Assembly (NCBI GenBank): GCA_044222065.1
Contig: JBGAOA010000090.1
Location: 1 to 13,596 of the forward strand
Reading direction: 5' to 3'
Source of the DNA: Candidatus Eiseniibacteriota bacterium
GTDB lineage: Bacteria; Eisenbacteria; RBG-16-71-46
Length of the DNA stretch: 13,596 bases
Of this stretch, positions 6,102 through 13,596 are shown one piece after another. Position numbers and translations under genes: made by a program. Below the pieces are notes generated by a model. The model searched no databases, had not been told where the DNA came from, and saw only the letters and a program-made list of their open reading frames with translations. The number at the start of each line of letters is the position of its first letter. Within the stretch, counting starts at the first letter, position 1.

Positions 6102-8573
6102 TCAGTCGAGCACGACGAGCCTCCGCACGTCGCGCTCGCCCCCGGCCTCGAGGCGGACGAAGTAGAGCCCGGCCGCGAGCGCCCCCGCACCGGCAGTGCG
6201 CGGTGCGAGCGACGCGGCGTGCTCGCCCGCTTCGAGTTCGCCGTCCGCGAGACGCACGACCTCGCGGCCCTGGACGTCGAAGAGCGCGAGCGTCGCGCGC
6301 TCCGCGCGCGGCAGCGTGAAATGCAGCTCGAGCGGCGCGCCCGGGCGCAGCGGATTCGGCGACGGCGCCGCGAGCACCGGCTCGCCTCGCGGGTCGTCGC
6401 CCGGGACGCCCACGGTTCCCGCCGGCATCACGAGCGCCGATGGCGACTCGTTCCCGTGCACGTCCACGGCGGTCACCCGGTAGTAGAACGGCTGTCCCGC
6501 CACGTCCACGTAGTCCACGCTCGTGAGTTCGGCGACGCGCAGCGTCGCCACGGTCGGGAACTCCGGACGCTTCCCTCGATAGAGCCGGTAGCCCGCGAGA
6601 TCGGCCTCGAGGTTCTGCCCCCACTGCAGCGTCGTCGTCCCCGCCGCGTACTGGCCGGAGAAGGGCTGCGGCGTCGCGGGCGCGAGGTTGTCCACCGAAT
6701 ACCCGCTGTCGGCGGGGCTGTCCCAGAAGGATCCGTCGCTGCGCTGCGCGCTGACGAGGAACCACGTCAACGGATTCGCGCTCGGCGTCGAGTCGGTCGT
6801 GGTCGCGACGACGAGACTGTAGCCGGGATGCCCCACGGCCGGCGTGCTGCCGACGTATTCCCAGTACTGGGGCAGCGCGAGCGTTCCCGTGCGCCGCCAC
6901 TTCGCGTCCGCGCCGAGAGCGCGCGCGTCATCGCCCGCGAGGGAGGCGCGCGCCGCAGCGAACGCCGGTGATCCGATCGGCACCTTGCGCCACACCGAGT
7001 ACTGCGAGAGCGGCGCGACGGGATCGCCGTCGAGCGCGCTCGCGCTCCACTCCACGACCACGTTCCCGCCCTGGTCGTTCGCGGCGTCGTGAGTGCCCGT
7101 GAGGAACGGCCGGGCGTCCAGCATGAGACCGAACGCATCCACGCGGCAGGCGAGAACCGCGGAGTACGCGCCCGGCGCTCCCTCCGCGTACGCGACGATC
7201 GCGCCGCCCGTTCCGTCCGACACGATGCCCGCCGGAAGCTGGTGATAGACGCGCTGCGAGATCGGCACGCCGGCCGAGCCCCACTTCCGGACGCCGGCGG
7301 CACTGACGCGCTGTGCCTGGGCGTCGTAGTAATACGCCCCCGTCGGCAGCACGGCGCCCGCGACGAACAGGCCGCCCGCGCCGTCCTCACAGCCGATCGG
7401 GGCGTCCTCCGCGATCGTGGACGTGGCGAGCACCGGAGCCCCGCCCTGCGCCCACTGGCACGTTCCGCCCGGGGCGATGCGCTGGGCGTAAAGATCCCAG
7501 TTCGACGCACGCAGGTCGGCCCACAGCACGAGGAACGCCCCGTTCGGATCGCGGAACACGGACTGCAGCTGCTGGAGTCCGCTCGCGACGCAGACCTCGA
7601 TGCCGTCCGGACCCCACAGCGAAGCGCCGGTCGAGCCGCGCCGGTCGGCGAACAGGTCGGTCTGCCCGACCCCGCTGCGCTCGTCGCGCCACACGATCGT
7701 CGCGCCGAGCGCCCCGTCGTCCACGAGAACAGGCGCGAACTGGTCGTTCGCCGCCCCGCACACGGCGACGCCGTTCGAAGTCCAGCCGATGCCGCCTCCG
7801 GAGAGCGCGTTCTGCGCGTAGACATCCGTGCCGGAGGTCGCCGAGTTGCGGAAGTCGTTCCAGGCGACGATCGCGCCGCCGATTCCGTTGCTCGTGATCG
7901 CGGGGCCCCACTGTTCCGACGCGGCCGTGCACAGGGGATTGCCGTTCGCGCTCCACTGGGCGCTCCCCGCCGCGGTCACCCGTCTCGCGTAGATGTCGCC
8001 CGTTCCGCTTCGCGAGTCGTGCCACGCGAGGATCGCGCCGCCGGCGCCGTCGGCCACGAGCACGGGACTTCCCTGCGCGCCGGTCGCGTTGCACACGAGC
8101 AGATCGCTCGCGCCCCAGAGCCGCGCTCCCCCCGCCGACAGCCGCTGAGCGTAGATGTCGGCGCCGGTCGTCGCGAGGTTGCGGTCGTCCCGGAAGACGA
8201 CGATCACGCCGCCCGCCCCGTCGGAGACGCACTCGAGTCCCGTGCCCTGATCACCGAGGGCGTTGGAGACGAGCGCGCCTTGCGCCGCCCACATCACGTT
8301 CCCGTTTGCGTCCACGCGCTGGGCGTAGACATCCTGCCCTGTGGTCGCGAGGGAGCGCGCGTCCTGCCACACGACGATCATGCCGCCGGCGCCATCGGAA
8401 ACGGCGCGGACCCCGCCGACGCTCGAGGACAGGCTGCGGAGAGTGACCGGCGTGCTCCACGGATCCAAGGGCCAGGCCGCGCGCGCCGTGCCCGGCATCG
8501 CAATGGCGAGTGCCAGGGCGAACGACGAGGCGGCGAGCCGGCCGCGTCGCGAAGGGTGAGGGACGTGTCGCAC
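6102..8573 (-). CDS. Secreted multidomain protein (823 aa): 8-repeat putative beta-propeller, 'NDQGG' FN3/Ig-like domain, FN3 domain and T9SS-A/FlgD-Ig-like CTD
   Basis: GTG 8573 with SD GGGAG at 8583-8579. Signal peptide MRHVPHPSRRGRLAASSFALALAIAMPGTARA|AW. Eight ~55-aa repeats, then DAANDQGGNVVVEW...SGYSVDNLAP, FN3-like LQWGQNLEADLAGYRLYRG...YYRVTAVDVHGNES, and CTD APSPNPL..LHFTLP..LALFDVQGREV..L..GE..AGEH..LAAGLYFVRLEAGG..VRRLVVLD. Confidence 0.88.
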   Translation of the reverse strand: MRHVPHPSRRGRLAASSFALALAIAMPGTARAAWPLDPWSTPVTLRSLSSSVGGVRAVSDGAGGMIVVWQDARSLATTGQDVYAQRVDANGNVMWAAQGALVSNALGDQGTGLECVSDGAGGVIVVFRDDRNLATTGADIYAQRLSAGGARLWGASDLLVCNATGAQGSPVLVADGAGGAILAWHDSRSGTGDIYARRVTAAGSAQWSANGNPLCTAASEQWGPAITSNGIGGAIVAWNDFRNSATSGTDVYAQNALSGGGIGWTSNGVAVCGAANDQFAPVLVDDGALGATIVWRDERSGVGQTDLFADRRGSTGASLWGPDGIEVCVASGLQQLQSVFRDPNGAFLVLWADLRASNWDLYAQRIAPGGTCQWAQGGAPVLATSTIAEDAPIGCEDGAGGLFVAGAVLPTGAYYYDAQAQRVSAAGVRKWGSAGVPISQRVYHQLPAGIVSDGTGGAIVAYAEGAPGAYSAVLACRVDAFGLMLDARPFLTGTHDAANDQGGNVVVEWSASALDGDPVAPLSQYSVWRKVPIGSPAFAAARASLAGDDARALGADAKWRRTGTLALPQYWEYVGSTPAVGHPGYSLVVATTTDSTPSANPLTWFLVSAQRSDGSFWDSPADSGYSVDNLAPATPQPFSGQYAAGTTTLQWGQNLEADLAGYRLYRGKRPEFPTVATLRVAELTSVDYVDVAGQPFYYRVTAVDVHGNESPSALVMPAGTVGVPGDDPRGEPVLAAPSPNPLRPGAPLELHFTLPRAERATLALFDVQGREVVRLADGELEAGEHAASLAPRTAGAGALAAGLYFVRLEAGGERDVRRLVVLD
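7122..8402 (-). repeat. Eight tandem ~55-aa protein repeats, consensus vsDGaGGaivaW.D.R....DiYAQRv...G...W...G..vc.a...Q..P
   Basis: Copies begin VSDGAGGM, VSDGAGGV, VADGAGGA, TSNGIGGA, VDDGALGA, FRDPNGAF, CEDGAGGL, VSDGTGGA. Confidence 0.85.
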
Positions 8574-8913
8574 GGGCACTCCCGCTGACCGAGGCGCGGG
8601 CCGCGGGCCGCGGAGCGCGGCGGGCGGCGACGGGACCGTTCGGTTCGGTCCGGTCACCACTCCCAACGAACGTGGCGCGCGAATGCGCACGCGGCTTCCT
8701 CGCCCGAACAGATCGCGCCGGGGCAGCCGCCGCGCGCTCGCGCCCGGCGCGACGAGGACGCTCCTCACGCGCGCCCCCCGTGCCGAAGCGGCACTCGCCG
8801 AACCAGCGGCTCGGGGTTGCCACGCCGCCGAGCGAGACGGCATTCTGCCGCGCACTCGATCGGCGGCCGCGCGAACGCCCGCGCGCCGCACGGTCGTCCC
8901 GATGAGGCCCACG

Positions 8914-11900
8914 ATGCGTGCCCCGCGCCGCGCCCCGCGAATCGCCCTCGCGTTCCTGTGCTGCCTCGCCGCCGCGAGCGCTGCCGCCGCGAACCCGCCC
9001 GATTCGTCGCGCCTCGCGCCGCTCGACTTCTCGCGCACGGTGTTCGCGACCGCGGACCGGATGCCCGCGCCGGTCGCGTTCGCGACCGACGAGCGCGGCG
9101 CCGTGTGGACCGCGAATTCGCTGCGCTTCGATGGCCACGGGCTGTTCGACAACCGCGCCTACCCGATCGCGCACGAGGACGTGACGATCACGAGCGCCGA
9201 GGACCGCCGCCGCCGGATCGAGCGCTGGGTGCGTACCGGCACGTTCGACCGCGACGGCCGCAAGGTGACGCCCGAGTGGCTCGCCGGCTTCTCCGAGCAG
9301 GTGCGGAAGCTCGAGGACGAAGACGGCGACGGCAGGGCCGACCGCGTCACGATCGCCGCCGCGGGCATGAACGAACTCGATCGCGGCGGCATCGCCGGCG
9401 TGCTCGCGTGGGACGGCCGTGTGTTCGCGACCGCCGCACCCGAGCTGTTCGCGCTCGACGCCGCGCGGCCCGGCGCGCGCACCGTGATCCAGAGCGGGTT
9501 CGGAATCCACGTCGGTCAGGCCGGTCACGAACTCCACGGGCTCACGATGGGCAACGACGGCCGCATCTACTGGTCCATGGCCGATCGCGGCTACGACCTC
9601 GTGACGCGCGAGGGGCTGCGTCTCTCGGGTCACGACGGCGCGGTGTTCCGCTGCTGGCCCGACGGCTCGGGGCTCGAGCGCTTCGCGCGCGGGCTGCGCA
9701 ATCCGCAGGAGCTGGCGTTCAACGACGCCGGCGATCTCTTCACGGGCGACAACAACGCCGACGTCGGCGACCGCTCTCGCCTCCTCTACCTGCCCGAGGG
9801 CGCGAACGCGGGCTGGACGTTCTACCTGCAGTACGTCCCGGGCTGCGGTCCGTGGACGCGCGAACACGCGTGGGAGACGCGCTTCGATGCGCTCGACCCG
9901 GCGCGGCCCGCGTCGGTGCTGCCCCCGGTCGCGCACGTCGCGACCTGCCCCGCCGGATTCGCGGCGTATCCCGGCACGGGCCTGCCCGCGCGCTACGACG
10001 GCACGCTGTGGCTCGTGGACTATTTCGCCGGCGTCCAGACGTTCCGTCCCGTGCCCGAGGGCGCGGGCTACGGGATCGCGGACTTGCACTGGGGCTTCCG
10101 CGACACGTGGGGACTGTGCGACGCCGAGTTCGGCTACGACGGCAAGCTGCGCGTCCTCTACTGGGGCGAGTCGTGGCACATCAACCCCGAGGCGAAGCTC
10201 GTCACGCTGACGCCGCCGTCCGCGGGCGTGGACACGGCCGCGGTCGCCGAAGTGCGGCGCCTCGTGCGCGACGGACTCGGCGCGCTCGACGACGCGCGCG
10301 TGCGCCGCCTGCTCGCCCACGCGGACCGGCGCATCCGCCAGCGCGCGTCGTTCGAGCTCGCACGACGCGGCGCCGTCGGCTGCTCGCGGAAGGCGCGCTC
10401 GCCGAGGAGCGCGACGAGCGAGCGCGGCAGCACCGCGGCGTGGGGCCTCGAGATCGCCGGCCACGCGCGCGGCGCTGACTCGCTCGTCGCGCCAGCGCCG
10501 AGTCGCGGCAGCTCGGCGACCGCGACGCCGAAGTGAGCTACCGCGGCGTCGTGCTCGGCGACCTCGAGGCCGCGATGCGGAAGGCCCGCTGCTCGCGCGG
10601 CTCGGCGACCGCGCGCCGCGCGGCGATTCGCCGCCGCGGAAGCGCTCGGGAAACGCGCGCCTCCGCGGCGCTGCGTCCGCTCGTCGCGGAACTCGCCGCG
10701 AACGGCGGCGCGCCGACGCCGTCTTTCGCTCGCGCGCGCGCGCCTCGCGGCCGATAGCGCAGCCCGGCGAGTCGCTCGCCGCGCCTCGCCGCGGACGCGG
10801 CGACGCGCCGTGCGGCTCGGCAGCCGTGCTCGCCTCGCATGAAGGCCGCCGACGAGCGCGTCGCTGCCTTCCTCGGACGCCGACGCGCAGGTCATGACCG
10901 AGGCCGCGCGCGCGGCGTACGACCTCGGGCTTGCCCGGCGTCGCGCGCGCTCGCGGCGACGCTCGCGTCGCTGCCGCAGGGCTGCGCACCGACGCGTACG
11001 TGCAGCGCGCGATCCACGCGGCGCTGCGCGCGGGCGGCGGGCCGAGGCCGAGGCGCTCGCGCGCTTCGCGGCCGATCCTGCGACCGCCTCGTCGTGGCGC
11101 GACGAAATTCGTGAAACGCTCGCCCGCGTGGGACACGCCGGATCCTCGCGACAGCGTCTTGAGGCGCTGGCGTGCAACTCCGCGACGCCGCGCGCCGGGG
11201 ATCGCGCAGCGCGCGATCGTCGCGCACGCGGGCGCGATCGTGGCGGCCGCGCACGACGACGAACTCGGGGCCGCCGTGGATCTCGCGCTGCGCGCGGCGT
11301 CGAGCTGCCGGACTACGCTGCTGCTCGCGTGGACGCGCGACAAGTCGCTCGAGGAGCACGCGCATCTACGCTGCGCGGGCTCGCCGCGCCGCGCCGCCGC
11401 AGTTCCCGGCGGCGCTCGCGAGTGCTGTCGAAGTCCCCGCTCGAGACTCGCTGTTCCGGCAATACAGCCTCGCCCGCGCGCGCGACGCAGCGCGGGCGCG
11501 CGCGGCCGCCGAGCGTCGCTGGCGCGCGGCCGACGCGCCGCTCGGCGTGCGGCAGTCGGCGTTCAAGGCGCTCGCGCGAGGCGCTTCGCCCGCGGCGCTC
11601 GCGTTCGTGCGCTCGAGGCTCGCGGAACTGCGCGCGGGAGCGCTCGATTCGACGTTCGCGCTCGAGACGCTCGAGGCCGCGCGCCGCTCGGGAGACGCGG
11701 CGCTGCGCGCGGGCGCCCGGGCCGCGACGGGAATCGCCGGCGGCGATTCGCTCGCCGCGTGGTGGCCCGTGCGGCTCGGCGGGGACGCCGCGCGCGGGCG
11801 GACGCTGTTCGAGTCACACCCGGTCGCGGCGTGCGTGCGCTGCCACTCGGTGGACGGCGCGGGCGGCACGCTCGGCCCCGACCTGTCGCTCGCCGGCGCG

Positions 11901-12530
11901 CACGACCGGCGCTGGCTGAGCGAGTCGCTGCTGCGCCCGAACGCGTCGCTCGCGCGCGGCTACGAGACGGTCGCGCTCACGCTCCTGGACGGCGAGGCGC
12001 TCTCCGGCGCGCTGCGCGACGAGTCGGCGTCCCGAGTGACGCTCGACCTCGGGGGCTCGAGCCGGACGATTCCGCGCGACTCGGTGCGCGCGCTCGAGCG
12101 GCTCGGTTCCGCGATGCCCGCGATGGGCGGGCTGCTCACGCCGTTCGAGCTGCGCGACGCGATCGAGTACCTCGCGAGCCTGCGCGACGTGCGCGCGGAC
12201 GCGCCGCTCGCGCCGTCCCCGGGCGGCGCGCCCGGAAGCGTTCACGCGAGCGCGCCGTGGCGGCTCGCGCTCGACGTGCCGGCGGACGCGCGGGGCTTCA
12301 CGGCGCGGCTCGCGCTCGCGTCCGGCGCGGCCGGCGGAATGGTGGGCGCCGAACTGCGCGTGGACGGCCGCCGCGTGTGGCGGCGCGCGAGCCTCAAGCA
12401 CGGCGAATCGGCGCGCGCGTGGGCCGCGCTCCCGCCCGGGTCGCGCCGGCTCGAACTCGTGCTCGACGACGGCGGCAACGGCGTCGCGAACGACGACGCC
12501 GTGTGGAGCGACGCCGGCTTCGTGCGGTGA
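8914..12530 (+). pseudogene. PVC-type heme-binding CxxCH protein (PQQ/sorbosone-dehydrogenase-like propeller + HEAT repeats + cytochrome c + NPCBM-like domain), frameshifted many times between ~10380 and ~11400 (sequence error or pseudogene)
   Basis: ATG 8914 (GAGG 6 nt upstream; alternative start 8902), signal peptide MRAPRRAPRIALAFLCCLAAASAAA. Motifs LEDEDGDGRAD, GHELHGLTMGNDGRIYWSMADRG, GLRNPQELAFNDAGDLFTGDN. HEAT motifs are split across all three frames. The intact C-terminal frame has GDAARGRTLF..CVRCH (11832-11846)..GPDLS..ESLLRPNASLARGY..SAMP and ends LELVLDDGGNGVANDDAVWSDAGF. Confidence 0.8.
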
Positions 12531-12536
12531 ATCGAA

Positions 12537-12562
12537 CGGGCCGCGTCCTCGGACGCGGCCCG
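12537..12562. terminator. Hairpin between convergent genes, probable (bidirectional) terminator
   Basis: Perfect inverted repeat CGGGCCGCGTCC-TC-GGACGCGGCCCG in the 36-nt gap between the stops at 12530 (+) and 12567 (-); minus-strand tail TTCGATT. Confidence 0.65.
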
Positions 12563-12566
12563 CGGC

Positions 12567-12878
12567 TCAGCCGCCGCGGCGGTCCATTGCGATCGCCGCG
12601 TCCATCATCTCGGTCGCGGTCTTCACGACGCGGGCCTGTGCGGCGTAGGCGTGCTGAGCGACGATGAGCTTCGCCATCGCGTCGGCGAGGTCGGCGCCCG
12701 CCGAATCCTGCGAGCCGACCTGTGGTGCCTCGGCAACCCGGCTCGTGTCCGGGGCGGCGATCGCCTCGGACGATTCGAGGCCGAAGCTCGCGATCTCGGA
12801 GGCGGCCTGCTCGGCCTGCCGCGACGAGACGCGCATCCCCTGCAGTGCGGACGACAGCGCTGAAACGGGTCCGATCAT
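12567..12878 (-). CDS. Small flagellar basal-body rod/hook-like protein (Flg_bbr_C-type C-terminal domain), 103 aa
   Basis: SD GGGAGG before ATG 12878. The N-terminus SALSSALQGMRVSSRQAEQAASEIAS resembles the axial-protein N-terminal helix (..A.SGm......v.anNIAN). The C-terminus ADLADAMAKLIVAQHAYAAQARVVKTATEMMDAAI matches the vDl..Em..l..aq..Y.an..vi.t.dem pattern. Confidence 0.8.
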   Translation of the reverse strand: MIGPVSALSSALQGMRVSSRQAEQAASEIASFGLESSEAIAAPDTSRVAEAPQVGSQDSAGADLADAMAKLIVAQHAYAAQARVVKTATEMMDAAIAMDRRGG

Positions 12879-12946
12879 CGGAATGCCTCCCGATGCGGTT
12901 CGCGGCGTGGTGTTGGCCGTCCCTGAGCCGGTGCCGTCAGCGGCCA

Positions 12947-12973
12947 GTCTCGGCGCCGCGTGCCGGAACTTTA
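12947..12973 (-). promoter_or_regulatory. Sigma28 (FliA/SigD)-type promoter
   Basis: Minus strand TAAA-GTTCCGGCACGCGGC(15 nt)-GCCGAGAC versus consensus TAAA-N15-GCCGATAA (extended form TAAAGTTT); ~70 nt upstream of the flagellar-type gene. Confidence 0.75.
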
Positions 12974-13031
12974 GGGCGAGCGACGGACCGGGCGCACCGG
13001 CGGCCGTGCGGATTGCACGGGCGCGGGGCGT

Positions 13032-13596
13032 CTAGTCGGTGCCGGTGCGGACCTCTACGGCGGGAAGCGGAGCGCGCGAGCCGCCCGGCTCCGGCGCCTC
13101 GAGCCCGTGGAGCGCGCGCCACTCGCCCACCGTGATGCGGCCGTCGAGGAACGTCGCGAGCCGCTCGTGAGGCCACGGCACGGCGAGCACCGCGTAGAGG
13201 TGCCACACGGCGAACACGACGAGCGCGAGCAGCGCCTCTTCGCCGTGGATCGCGCGCGCGACGGCGAGCGCCGCGGCCGGGAACGGCGTTCCCTCCGAGG
13301 CGCGCGTCCAGAGCACGAGCCCCGAGGCCGCCATGACCGGCACGCCGAGCGCGACGGCGGCGTAGTGGAGCCGCGCGCGGAAACCGTGACGCCCGGCCGC
13401 CGGCGCGTCGGGTCGGCGGCGGAACGCGTACCGCAGCGACTCGCGCAGTTCGCGCACGTCGTCGCGGCCCGGCAGCAGGCCCCACGCGCGCCGCGCCGAG
13501 AATCCGCCACGCGAAAGCAGCGCGGCGAGGTAGCCGGCGTGCGCGAGCGCGGCCGCGAGCAGCGCGAGCGCCGCGGCGCGGTGCGCGAGCCGCAGC
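13032..13596 (-). CDS. Membrane cytochrome b/b6-domain protein (FdnI/hydrogenase cytochrome b-like), 5'-partial
   Basis: The frame stays open to the window end: LRLAHRAAALALLAAALAHAGYL...LLPGRDDVRELRESLRY..GRHGFRARLHYAAVALGVPVMAASGLVLW..AIHGEEALLALVVFAVWHLY..DGRIT.EW.ALH. Hydrophobic helices carry His pairs spaced like di-heme cytochrome b ligands. Confidence 0.78.
   Translation of the reverse strand, partial: LRLAHRAAALALLAAALAHAGYLAALLSRGGFSARRAWGLLPGRDDVRELRESLRYAFRRRPDAPAAGRHGFRARLHYAAVALGVPVMAASGLVLWTRASEGTPFPAAALAVARAIHGEEALLALVVFAVWHLYAVLAVPWPHERLATFLDGRITVGEWRALHGLEAPEPGGSRAPLPAVEVRTGTD

Noticed and set aside
6049..6900. 284-aa N-terminal extension of the ABC-F ORF
   Set aside because: It overlaps the 6102..8573 gene in another frame and is low-complexity; ABC-F homology starts at MIVFDGV (6048).
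8535..8552. Possible Tat motif SRRGRL in the signal peptide (RR pairs also occur in the other leaders)
   Set aside because: It lacks the consensus F-L after RRx. Arg-rich n-regions are expected in high-GC genomes, so Sec export is more likely.
36..8588. Long plus-strand ORFs (36..1064, 910..3015, 3470..4459, 4411..6165, 7089..8588 and others)
   Set aside because: Antisense shadows of real minus-strand genes. They are Arg/Ala-rich, have no motifs, and are expected from stop-codon scarcity at this GC content.
8633..8656. Pentamer run CCGTT-CGGTT-CGGTC-CGGTC / small hairpin GGACCG..CGGTCC
   Set aside because: Too short and degenerate to call a repeat, CRISPR or riboswitch; no recognisable RNA family motif.
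8673..8686. Sigma54-like TGGCGCGCGAATGC in the divergent intergenic region
   Set aside because: The GG-to-GC spacing is 9 nt, not the required 10.
8251..11343. 1030-aa minus-strand ORF, and the 8574..9152 extension of the repeat protein
   Set aside because: The ORF is antisense to the dehydrogenase-like gene. The signal peptide and SD place the true start of the repeat protein at 8573.
1180..12878. Functional link between the FlgD-Ig-like CTDs and the flagellar rod-like mini-protein
   Set aside because: The CTD proteins carry Sec-type signal peptides, which do not fit flagellar T3SS export. The FlgD resemblance is fold-level only and the proximity is probably incidental.
13004..13020. Palindrome CCGTGC-GGATT-GCACGG between the cytochrome b stop and the sigma28 promoter
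   Set aside because: Only 6-bp GC-rich arms and no U tail; cannot be distinguished from chance.

Overview
Very GC-rich bacterial window with seven real genes; most other long ORFs in the track are GC shadow frames. Minus strand: three signal-peptide proteins that end in, or begin, a T9SS-type-A/FlgD-Ig-like C-terminal sorting domain. They are <1..1073 (probable beta-propeller, absent from the ORF track), 1180..4272 (beta-helix with T5SS/PEP-CTERM-associated repeats) and 6102..8573 (8 tandem 'DGxGG..WxDxR..DIYAQR' repeats plus FN3-like domains). A YheS-like ABC-F ATPase (4405..6048) sits among them. Divergently on the plus strand is a PVC-type PQQ-dehydrogenase-like/HEAT/CxxCH cytochrome c/NPCBM-like gene (8914..12530), whose ~1 kb HEAT section carries many frameshifts. 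Converging on it is an orphan 103-aa flagellar rod/hook-like mini-protein with a clear sigma28-type promoter. The window ends with the C-terminal part of a membrane cytochrome b. The CTD style and GC content suggest a non-Bacteroidota FCB-related lineage such as Ca. Eisenbacteria (inference only). No rRNA, tRNA, CRISPR array or mobile element was seen. All family assignments are from motif recognition by eye, not database searches.
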